Assembly: GCA_965644315.1 (NCBI GenBank)
Contig: CBFFRQ010000018.1
Coordinates: 124,001 to 188,000 of the forward strand
Direction of reading: 5' to 3'
Source of the DNA: Caecitellus pseudoparvulus
Taxonomy: Eukaryota > Protista > Bigyra: Bicosoecida
Length of the DNA: 64,000 nt
In this document: piece by piece, positions 42,353 through 52,392 of the stretch
Numbering within the stretch: position 1 is the stretch's first letter
How the letters are laid out: each line of letters opens with the position of its first letter
Program-made: the position numbers and the translations under genes
Notes under the pieces: model-generated
What the model saw: only the letters and a program-made list of their open reading frames with translations
Databases searched by the model: none
Told to the model about the DNA's origin: nothing

Positions 42353-43672
42353 TCTCACTTGCTAGAGGAAAGAGGTGAGGAGGCATCATCGCGTGAGGCA
42401 TGAGAATCATCCAATGGGGCTGCAGAGAAACACTCTCCATGCACAGGTAGCCTCAAGAATTCTCTGCGGAGCTGCTCAAATTGTTGCCCGGCTCGAGGCA
42501 GGGCTGCACCATGCAGGCTCCACATGCCGTGCTGGGCGAGGCACCGGACTTTGCCCTCATTTCCCCCGGCCCAGCTCGCGTGCACAAGCCGCGCTTTTGG
42601 GAGCGGTCCATTGAGTGAACACGCCCATATGCCAGTGCTCCACTTCTTTCCACTCGGGATTGAACAGATGACCTTTTCGCCTGTTTCTCTGATGCTGTAC
42701 CTGCATGGGTGCCTCATCGGGCGGTGTTTTGTGTCCTGCTCAGCGAGTGATACCATCGGAAGACCACGCTCAACGCGGGCAGCACGATCCAGCAGTTGTA
42801 TCGTGGACCATCGCGGCCGTGCTATGAACAACCCAGTGCCCCAACCCCTCCAGGGCATGTCCAGCAGGATGGCATCAGTCAGAAATGCTAGAGCGCAGCG
42901 ACGACCGCGGACCCACTCCTCAATCTCATCAACAACTCCTCGCCCAGCATACGCGGTACCCACATCATGGAAGAATACCGTAAATCCTTGTATCAAGAAT
43001 GAACGCACAATGTTGTGTTTCACACGATTCAGTACAGTGGTTCGCTTGGCACTTGACATGTCTTCCGCTGCTCTTGCAATGTCTGAGTTCGCAACAGTCA
43101 AGAGATTTTCTGTCCCCCCCGTACACCCCTCCAACACCACTTCGTTCCCGTGTGCGGGGGGGGTGGGCACACCTTCCCGGGCGCGTCAGAAGTTGGAAAA
43201 AGTCAAAATGACACTATTTCATGTGTACATTGTGTCAAACTCGTTTCACGCTGCGGGAGCCGCGGCGGGCCGCGCAATGGGAAGGGGTGGATTGGCGTGG
43301 TGGCGACGGAGGGCAGGGTCGGGGGCCGAGGGAGGCAGACTGATCAAATTTTCTGGTCATTCTGGCGAAAGTCACAGAGGGGGCTAAGTTTCATGCTTAG
43401 ATTCAGATTATTGCACTCACGCGTGATGGTTCGCCTTGCATAGCGCAGGAGAACGCCGCAAAGTGGGCCATTTTGGGCGCCAATTTCCGCCTCCACAGCC
43501 GGGCGGCAAACTGCCTGCGCCAACTCCCTTGCACCGCAGCGCTGGCGCGTATGAAGGCGATTTACCGCCTTTGCATTGCATTTTAAGCGCCATGCACGAT
43601 TCATTTGTCCGATGCAGCCCCCCCCCTTGACGGGCTGTCTTGGGCTGCCTTGGGCTGAGTGGCGAAGCCGTC

Positions 43673-46600
43673 TCACGTGTCCTCGCTGGCGCTGCGCTGC
43701 TTGCCGACGGGGCCCTGCAGCGCCCAGTGGAAGCGGTAAGAAGCTTCCCCTGGCTTGCCCTTCGCGATCCAAGGCGCTTCGTGCACAACGGCCGGGCCAG
43801 CTACCACACCCCCCGTCACGAGCACCCACGGTTGCGCCTCGTCCTCCGGCGAGTGGTTTACCCGTGCCCACCCCTGCACCTCAGAAGGGCCCAGTTTCAG
43901 GTGACGACACAAGAGGAGGGTCTCATCGGGCAGGTAACTGCGTGCATCGTCCCTCAGCGGCGCCAGGGCCACGGCTACGTCCACCAGTGTCCGCTCCATG
44001 AACCGCTTGCCGTCCCAGTGGATGATGCACATGACGTCGGCTGGCCCCGGCAATGGCAGCCAGTTGGTGTTGCCAGAGGGGTACCGCAGCCTCACGCCTG
44101 TGCAGAGCGTGAGGGGGGGGCGGTGTCCCGCTTCCTGTCCATCCACGACGTCGTCAGGCTTTAGTTGCACCCTGTACAACCTGCCCGAATGCCCCACCCG
44201 CCGCTCCCTCAACCACGCCAGGGCGCTCGCCCCTGCGACGAAGGACTGCGGGAAGGTCAGTGGCTCATCAGCGCTCCTGAATCGCGTCACGATCGGCCGC
44301 ATGGCCGTGCCCACCAAGTTCAGTGGCACCTCAGCGCCTGGGTCAGCAGCAGCCCCGGCACAGTCGCCGGCGACCAGGGAGCGAGAATGCAATAGGTTGT
44401 ACCAGGTCTCGGGGGAGGGAGTGTAGCCTGGCGGTTGACAGTACGGCGCGCAGCTCATGGCCTGCACGAGGCACACTCTCTCCGCCAGCTTGTAGAGGAC
44501 ACCCTGCTTCCCGCGGTGCACTGTACGTAGCACACGGTTGATTCGAGTGTGCATGGTCTCGCCGTGGTCGGTATCCACCGCCTCCAGGCTACCGTACCAA
44601 TGCATGTCCAGCGCCAGCTGCAGCGCAATGTGCAGCTTGGGGTACGTGAGGGGTAGAGCCTTCCGGCCAAGGGAGCGCAGCTCGTTGCTGACGAGCTGGA
44701 ACACGGTGGCCACACGGGCCATCCACTGGGCCAGACGGCACGCGTCACCCCGCCCAGCCACTGCCCTGCCGTACGTGAAGCGCAGGACCACGCCCACGGC
44801 CCCATGCAGTGCGTTCAGCAGTTGGCGGACCTTGGGCGGCCCCACGACGGCGTCGTCCGTGCCCATCATCAGCGTCTGCCACCGAGTGAGCCCCAGCTTG
44901 TCCTCTGCTGTGACGGCGTTGCCGGCCGACAGCTTGACCGCCGTCTCCCGCCCCGCGCCGACAACCTGTACGCCGTCGATGCGGCGCGGACGCGGCTGCT
45001 GCATGCGGTGCATGAAGGTCGCTTGGCGATCGTCCTGCGCCCCGAGGCCAGGCGCGAGCATCCCCTGCTCCAAAGCACCCCATGTCCGGTCCCCCACCAC
45101 CCCGCTCCCCAGCACATGCAGCCTGTCTGCAGGGCAGGCCTCGTAGCCATTGCCCCCCACAAACAGCGTCGCATGGCGCTCAATGTCGCAGATATCCTCG
45201 ACGTCCTTCCACCTGATCGTGGCAAGGTCGGCCTCCGCCCGCGCCTTCACGACCGGATCGGCAGACGCCACGTCACGCAGCGCGTCGGCGTGGAAGGACG
45301 CCGAGCGCCGCGTGCAAGTCCCCAGCGCTGCCACGGTCTCGGCCATGTCGAGGGGCACGGCGTCGGCCAGCTCTTGCTGGCCTTTGCTGCGCCACGCCAG
45401 CGCGCACGAGCACCGTGGAGGCCTGCCGTGAACCGCATTGAGTAGCATCCATCTCTCAGCCGTGTCGGCGCAGATGGCGCCGATGAGCGGCCACACACGG
45501 GCAACGAACGAAGGCCCATCGACCCCCGCCCCCGGCTCAAGGACATCGACGCCAAGGTCCCGCAGAGCGCCGACTTGGTCGGCTGCTACCGGGATCCACA
45601 GGCCACCCTGAGCGTGGATCTCAGCAAGAGGCTCCAGCAGCACAGCGCGGAGCTGGGCCTGGTGTGCCTTGTACTTGGCGCGCTTCGCCTCCTCCGCGGT
45701 CCCTTTGAAGTCCATGTCTTTCAGCGGCATGAAGGCAAGGACTGCCGCTGACCCCAGGCTTCGGGCCTCTCGGGCACTAACTTGCATGGGCCGGACGCTC
45801 AGGGGCGTGATGGCCGTCTTCGGTTGGCGGAAAGGGTGGGCCTCGTCCATGAAGACGTTGATGACAAACGGCAGGGCGCGGTGTTGCAGAGCTGTCTGTG
45901 ACGCCGCATGAGCACACGGGCTTTCAGCGAAGCACGACACGGTGCCGTCTTGGGGTTCCTGGGCGCCTGCCATCGTGTGTGCCTGAAAGCGGCCATGCTT
46001 CGTGAACGGAGCGGCCAAGGCGGGGGTTTCGTCGTCGCTCAACCCAGGCCGGTGCCTTTGGAATGCTGCACGCGCAACCGCGTCGCAGTCTGCGAAGGCG
46101 GCCTCGAGCTTGCTCGCCAGCGCAGTCCCCATGGGCGTGTCAATTCCCGACGTGTGCATGGGGTCTGGGACGCCCCTTGTGGCCCGACGGGCGGGCAAGC
46201 ACTCAACAGGTATCCGAGCCAGCGAGTGGACAAGCCAATCCTTCAGCTTCACGCCGTGGATGGGCCAGGTGGCACGTGGCACTCCACGCCGGTCGCACAC
46301 GCCGGCGGGCATCTTGGCGTGCACCACCCCCGGCATGCAGATGCCAGGCAACCCCTTGAGTGTCTCGACCAAGCGCTTCATCTTCCTCTGGGGCTGCATC
46401 GGCTTCCGTGCTCGAACCTTCGCCTGACAAGTGCTGCAGCTGGCTGTGTCTGCCATGCACTTCGACCAGAGATCGTGCTGCACTTTGAACACCGAGGCGG
46501 CACTCGCATCGGTGGTCAGTATCGCCTCCAGCTCAGAGTTCCTCTTCCTCAGTGTCTCCAGCTCTTCCGAGAGCAAGCCCACGCGTGCCCGCAGCACCTC

Positions 46601-47152
46601 AGTGGCTGAGTGAGTGTCGGCTGGTAGAGCAGCCGGCTCGCCTGCCTCTCCCGCTGCCTCTCCCGCCTGAGCGTCTCCCCCGCTGGCCGCAAGCCCAGCA
46701 GGCAGGGTCTCCGTGGCGTCGGCCCCGAACTCGTCCGCCCCATCACTCTCGCTTTCCTCGGTCTCATAGTACTCGCTGTCTGCGTCCTCCTGGACAGGTG
46801 CTTGCGCAGCCCCAGCGTCCCCACGCGGGTGCTTCCGATGTGAAGCAAGTGTATGCTCGTAGACATCCTCCCAGATGCCGGGCGCAGGGCTGCCCCCGTC
46901 CTCAGAGTGCTTCGCAAACTTGGCCTCAAATTCGCGCCTACGCTTTCTCCTTCTGGCGTGGGTCACCTGTTGGCACTGCCTCTGAAAGTGACGGGTCAAG
47001 CCTGATTGGGTTGAGAACGTCCGCTTGCACACAGTGCACGTGAACATCGTGGGTGTGGGATGCTGCTTGGCAGGGCCTGGTCCGGAGGGAGAGCTCGAGT
47101 TGCGTTTCAGTATCTGAAACGTGCCTAGGGGGCACACCAATCCGGACTTCAC
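43673..47152 (-). CDS. Plavaka-like DDE transposase with an N-terminal C2H2-like zinc finger (likely ATG at 47047)
   Basis: MFTCTVCKRTFSTQSGLTRHFQRQC finger, basic NLS-like RRRKRRR and a coiled coil. Catalytic-type motifs PFVINVFMDEA (D), PLIGAICADTAE (D), PADRLHVLGSGV (DxxH) and PKLH...WYGSLEAVDTDHGETMH (E) follow the Plavaka/CMC pattern. Confidence 0.85.
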   Translation of the reverse strand: MKSGLVCPLGTFQILKRNSSSPSGPGPAKQHPTPTMFTCTVCKRTFSTQSGLTRHFQRQCQQVTHARRRKRRREFEAKFAKHSEDGGSPAPGIWEDVYEHTLASHRKHPRGDAGAAQAPVQEDADSEYYETEESESDGADEFGADATETLPAGLAASGGDAQAGEAAGEAGEPAALPADTHSATEVLRARVGLLSEELETLRKRNSELEAILTTDASAASVFKVQHDLWSKCMADTASCSTCQAKVRARKPMQPQRKMKRLVETLKGLPGICMPGVVHAKMPAGVCDRRGVPRATWPIHGVKLKDWLVHSLARIPVECLPARRATRGVPDPMHTSGIDTPMGTALASKLEAAFADCDAVARAAFQRHRPGLSDDETPALAAPFTKHGRFQAHTMAGAQEPQDGTVSCFAESPCAHAASQTALQHRALPFVINVFMDEAHPFRQPKTAITPLSVRPMQVSAREARSLGSAAVLAFMPLKDMDFKGTAEEAKRAKYKAHQAQLRAVLLEPLAEIHAQGGLWIPVAADQVGALRDLGVDVLEPGAGVDGPSFVARVWPLIGAICADTAERWMLLNAVHGRPPRCSCALAWRSKGQQELADAVPLDMAETVAALGTCTRRSASFHADALRDVASADPVVKARAEADLATIRWKDVEDICDIERHATLFVGGNGYEACPADRLHVLGSGVVGDRTWGALEQGMLAPGLGAQDDRQATFMHRMQQPRPRRIDGVQVVGAGRETAVKLSAGNAVTAEDKLGLTRWQTLMMGTDDAVVGPPKVRQLLNALHGAVGVVLRFTYGRAVAGRGDACRLAQWMARVATVFQLVSNELRSLGRKALPLTYPKLHIALQLALDMHWYGSLEAVDTDHGETMHTRINRVLRTVHRGKQGVLYKLAERVCLVQAMSCAPYCQPPGYTPSPETWYNLLHSRSLVAGDCAGAAADPGAEVPLNLVGTAMRPIVTRFRSADEPLTFPQSFVAGASALAWLRERRVGHSGRLYRVQLKPDDVVDGQEAGHRPPLTLCTGVRLRYPSGNTNWLPLPGPADVMCIIHWDGKRFMERTLVDVAVALAPLRDDARSYLPDETLLLCRHLKLGPSEVQGWARVNHSPEDEAQPWVLVTGGVVAGPAVVHEAPWIAKGKPGEASYRFHWALQGPVGKQRSASEDT

Positions 47153-47457
47153 AACGCAACCAACACCACCGCGGCGGCAAGAAGCACACCTGCGCTAGTG
47201 GTTGATGTGCATTCGATCCCTAGCGTTTGTGAAAAGTCCCCCTGTAAGCCTGGAACGCGAGGGATACAAGGAAGCTTGCTGCGTTTTCCCTTGAGAGGGG
47301 GGTGCCGGGGGGGGTGCAAGGGGGAGGGGGGGTGCCTCACGCTGCTCTGTAAGCCAGCAAGGCGCAAAGGCACATTCCAGTCCCCCCCCCTCTGTTAGTC
47401 ACTTGCTCTTCTCGGCCACCTTCAGCTCTCAAGCACCCGTCTCCCCACCCAGACACC

Positions 47458-49531
47458 ATGGCTCAGCAACGCAGCGAAGTCAGCACGAGCTCAGTGCCTC
47501 AAGCCACCGCCGCCGAGCATGACTCTGCAAAGCGAGCGTTCCAGGGCGTGCATGCGCATCTTCAAAGGATTGCCTTTGAAAAGGGCAAGCCCTTGCCCAT
47601 CCCGGAGCGCAAGGTTTGGTTGGCGGGCGCCAGCAACGCAAATGGTGTGCTGCGCTGTGAAACGCTTCCCCACCACGCGCGCACAAAAGCACCAGTGCTT
47701 ACCGCCCAGTCCTTGCCCGCGCCGCAGAAGAGTTCCTTCGCGCAGAAGTGCTGGGCCAGCTTGCTAAGCCGCCGCATGAATTGGACATGCCCGGTGGTGG
47801 TGGTGCGTGACATACCAACGCGAGACTAGGATGGCGTTCCCACCAGCCTTTGCCCGTGTCGAGGCGTGCGGCTTCAACGCAACACCGCCTGAGTTTACAC
47901 GCGATCTGTGCCCCCTTTCCGCAGCAGACCACTCCAGTGGAGAGGCCAGGAGCTTCCTTGCCGCGGCCGTCCTGCCCCGCGTTCCCAACGCGGCAGCCCT
48001 CGAGGCTCCAAGCCTGACCGACAGGGTGATAGCGGCACAGGCGAGCTTGGCGTTGGATCGGGCGCTGATCTACCAACTGTACGTGTTGTACCTGTACAGT
48101 GTGAAGGAGAGGGCCCAGATGCAAGCTCAGATCAGGGAGCTGCAGGGCGCACTTGACAAGAACGGCAAGTCCAGTCGGAATTCTCCGAGTGTCCAGTACA
48201 GCCGTCTGTCCATGTCCAATCACATGGACGCCATCGGCAGGCAGAGGCTCCCTGGACAGGGTTCGTGGACGTTTGCACAATTAAAGGCAGGGTCGGGGTG
48301 GGGGGTGCCGCCGACTACTCTCACACTCATGTGCACCAACGCAGCCCTCCGGGTACCGGAAGGGCCACTTGGCTCCCCTGACGATGTCTACGAAACGCTG
48401 ATAGCGGACGCCGACCTTGAAACGCCGGAGCTAGACTTCCCTCTGGCCTTCATGCACGGCATGCCCAACGCACTGGAACAGGCGCTGTCAATCCAGCTGG
48501 CAGATGGCGCTGATCCCTGGGACGACGCCAAAGACCTGATGCGACAGGCAGACCCCGGGCAGGTGCGCGAGGCGTGCAAGAAGCTGCGCGATGCAGTGTC
48601 GCGGCTCTTCCAACCCAGCGCACTGTCCAAGGACGAAGCCTTTATGGAGGCGGTGTCTGTGCTCTGCCCCGCCAGGGAGGCGGAGGTCCTGGTCTGCACG
48701 CGACACAGAAAGCAGCCGGCCCACGACGCATTCCTTGACATCAGCTCGCGCTTGGACGGCACGGGGCAAGCTGCCCAGGATGCTCTGCGCTACCTGACTT
48801 GGGCGGATCGAGGGCGCAACGTGCTCTCGATGGAGGAAGTGCGCCGCAGGCAAACTGCGCGCTTTGCTGCGGTGCGCGACTTTGCCACACCGGACGCCCC
48901 GTTTGACTGCGCCACGCTCGTGGCAGTCTCCTTGGAGCAGGAGTTGCGCAGGGGGCTCGCCAAGGACGCGGGTGTGTCCGTGAGGCGCCAGGACGTCGTC
49001 ACAGCGGCGGCACTGGGGGCGCTGTATGAAGCTGCGGTGCATCTGGTGGACACGGTGCGCAACCAAGCGTACAGCTTTGTACGCAGCACACCGCCGTTCC
49101 CTCACACGTGCGAGTGGCACAAGCTCTCCGCCGCCCAGCTGTACACTATCGGCGCCGTGCTCGGGCCATTGTGGACCTTCTTGCGCGGGGAGGAGGCCAG
49201 CGCCTCCACATGGGGCTTCGTCACCCGGGCCTTCCGCGCTACACTTGTGAGGGATGCCCGTGAGCGTTCGAAGCTGGCCCAAGCATGTGCCAAGGAAGCG
49301 CTTGCGCAGCACCCCGTGGTCAGCACTGACGGCAGTGCCGAGCTGGGCCCCTGCCCGGGCCAGGGATCGGATTCAGGCTCGGGTTCAGGTTCCGAGTCTG
49401 AGCATGAGCCTGGTGCCGAAGCTTCCGGTGTGCTCGGAGACGGCGGGGCGGTGCTGGGATGCGGAAGGTCCCGCGGCACAAAGCGCCCGCGCGGCGACGC
49501 AACGCCCCCGAGAAACATGTCGTTGGAATGA
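47458..49531 (+). CDS. Transposon ORF2: uncharacterised helical protein (123-aa ORF 47458-47829 plus overlapping 574-aa ORF 47807-49531; joined by splicing/frameshift, or two genes)
   Basis: Long frame conserved in both element copies and divergent from the transposase, with a coiled-coil segment (KERAQMQAQIRELQ) and a G/S/E-rich tail. No recognisable domain. Confidence 0.65.
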
Positions 49532-51195
49532 TGATAAGTACCCTCGGTACAGGGCATCCATATCGTGTGCGTATGCCTGCTCTGAGGCTGGTGACACCGC
49601 AACACCACCCATATCCCCACCGCACGCCCGTCAGCGCAATGCAAGCTCTTCCGGCGTGCCAGCGTTCGCTTGCGTGCAACACCCCCAGCTTGGCGCTGAG
49701 GAACAGCTGCACCCCTGTGGCCCATGCAACCACCACACCACTGGAAGCGCACCCCGCCTGGCCCTTTGCCCGTGTGACAAGGAAGCAGCGGACCAGCATC
49801 AGAAGAACCCACCCCCCCCCCCTCCCCCCCCGTCCGCATAGGGACACTTTCTAATCCCAGCGCAAATCTGAACGGTGCAAGTCAAGTCCCCATGGTAGCG
49901 TACGTTTGCACATGGCCTTAGCCTCGGCCTGCCTGTCGCTGCACGAGTACACAGAAGTGAGCGGCGCACAGCTTGCGTGCCGGGCGTTTCGCCTGCAACG
50001 GCATGGGACATGTCACCTCCTCCGCTCCCGCCTGTCGCCCTCTCCTGCGCAGTGAGCCGGATAGTGTCGTGAAGAGCTGTACACCTCATGGCCTGCAGAC
50101 GCCATCGCAGGCTGCAGGTTCGTGCAGGGGCCTAGCACGCGGGTTCAGCATTGGCGTTGCAAAGCCGAGTCACACACAGACCCCTCTGCGTGCAGGCGCC
50201 CCCCCACCCGAGCTCCCCCTGCCAGAGCATGCCCTTTCGAGAAACTTGACCTTGTTGCATCGCGGACTGTGCTCCATGGATGGCTTCAGCGGTGCGTTGG
50301 GACAGGGGTAGCACCCGCCTATGCGCGGCGTTTGCGCGAAACGCCGTGTCATGTTCCAAGGCACCCCCGCACACTCGTGCCAGCCCCAGCGCCGCAGAAA
50401 AGACACCATTGATATGATGTTTGTCGGTACCTATTGAAAGCGCGGCAGTTTCTTGTGAGGGTGGGTGGGACTGCATGCGCCGGGCGCTGGTGCTGCCTGC
50501 CTCCAACGCCACCCCTCTGCGCAGGCGAACTCCCTCACCCGCGACGCACACACACCACCCCTCTGGCCATTCGCAGGGCCCACTTGGATGATCCAAGTAT
50601 CTCCCTGAATGCCGCATACTGTACTGGGATGGCCTGAGCGGTGCGTGGCCGTCATGCGCTCGTCCCCATGCCTGGCGTTGCAGCCGGTGCCTGGCACTCC
50701 CACACCATCACCCGAGCCACTGCCGCCCCTTCACAGGAATGGAAGACCCGGCAACCTGATCATGAGGGGCAAGTCCCACCACGGTGCCAGCCAAAATGGG
50801 GTGAGTGCGAGGGGCTGCTGCGCTGGTGCCTTGTGCAGGGAGCGGCTACGTCGTGACTGCTGGTGTCAAGGTACAGAGCCACGCGAGCCTCCTCCCCCCA
50901 CCTGCGCAGGCCTTCCGGTACGCGATGCTGCAGAATAACTGGTGTACCACCCTGAATGACTTGGAGAGGCTCCCCACAGTGCTTGGCGGACTGAGAGGTG
51001 CGCGGCGGCAGAGGCGGGCGGCGGCAAAGGCGCGTGGCCTGAGGCGTGAGTGCTCCGAGGCGGGTGCCGTGGACGCAGGGCATGCATTGCAGTGCGCGAC
51101 ACCGCCTGGTGACAGTTTGATGGCCAGCGCGAGCTGCAAGGTGCCGTAGACCCCCCCCTGCCTGCAATGCACAGCCTGCTACCAGTTCGCCTGGG

Positions 51196-51344
51196 TACCC
51201 CCAAAGTGGGTGTTTGCACCACCCCCCCCCCAAAGTGGGTGTCTGCCCCACCCCCACAAAAAGGAGTTTGCCCCACCCCCCTATACCCCTTCGAGGGCAA
51301 CCCCCCAAAGGCATGTCGCCCCCCCCCCGAAAATCTCACGACGG
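51196..51344. repeat. Subterminal repeats and right TIR of transposon copy 1
   Basis: CCCCAAAGTGGGTGT(T/C)TGC(A/C)CCACCCCC x2 plus a degenerate third unit (AAAAAGGAGTTTGCCCCACCCCC); TIR at 51329-51344. Confidence 0.75.
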
Positions 51345-52392
51345 AAGATCGGCACCCCGCGAGTCAAGCCAATCAGGACGAGCCAAAAGTGTTGGAATAC
51401 CATGCGCGTAAAGATCCTCGTGGGCTCCGATGTCCAATGCGATGATCAAGAAGCGCTCTGCTCCAGTCCGTATGAGTGAGCGAGCTAAGTTTACCGCCAT
51501 GGCCACTGTGCCAGCGCTAGCGACAGAGAGAAGTATTGTGCCCCCCATTGGCCTCACTACTGCTTTGACGATGCAATTTTCAACTGATGTAAGTCCAGGA
51601 AGTTCCTGGGGCCCACGTAGTTCATGTACGCCTTGCTGACTGAGCGAGGTGATGAGCTGCGGAGGGTCACCCCATGCCGCCTTCTGCGCGTTCGAAGCGG
51701 GAAGAGCGTGTGCACGTCAATGTTCCCATGAGGAAAGAACGAGGATGCTATTGTCGTCTGTGACCTAATCTTGTCCTCAAAGTAGCTCTCAGGAGCTGTT
51801 TCACATATCTCTTGCAGTCAAGAGATTTTCTGTCCCCCCCGTACACCCCTCCAACACCACTTCGTTCCCGTGTGCGGGGGGGGTGGGCACACCTTCCCGG
51901 GCGCGTCAGAAGTTGGAAAAAGTCAAAATGACACTATTTCATGTGTACATTGTGTCAAACTCGTTTCACGCTGCGGGAGCCGCGGCGGGCCGCGCAATGG
52001 GAAGGGGTGGATTGGCGTGGTGGCGACGGAGGGCAGGGTCGGGGGCCGAGGGAGGCAGACTGATCAAATTTTCTGGTCATTCTGGCGAAAGTCACAGAGG
52101 GGGCTAAGTTTCATGCTTAGATTCAGATTATTGCACTCACGCGTGATGGTTCGCCTTGCATAGCGCAGGAGAACGCCGCAAAGTGGGCCATTTTGGGCGC
52201 CAATTTCCGCCTCCACAGCCGGGCGGCAAACTGCCTGCGCCAACTCCCTTGCACCGCAGCGCTGGCGCGTATGAAGGCGATTTACCGCCTTTGCATTGCA
52301 TTTTAAGCGCCATGCACGATTCATTTGTCCGATGCAGCCCCCCCCCTTGACGGGCTGTCTTGGGCTGCCTTGGGCTGAGTGGCGAAGCCGTC

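Larger units (their letters stand above)
43095..51344 (-). mobile_element. Plavaka/CACTA(CMC)-like DNA transposon, copy 1 (8250 bp, TSD AA)
   Basis: Empty site gagttcgcAAgatcggc (~40342-40358) versus filled gagttcgcAA|CAGTCAAGAGATTTTC...GAAAATCTCACGACGG|AAgatcggc. TIR matches 13/16; the element encodes a DDE transposase. Confidence 0.93.

Noticed and set aside
42355-43170. 271-aa ORF as an intact GT77 gene
   Set aside because: Its N-terminus is read from the transposon's left end; it is an artefact of the insertion at 43095.
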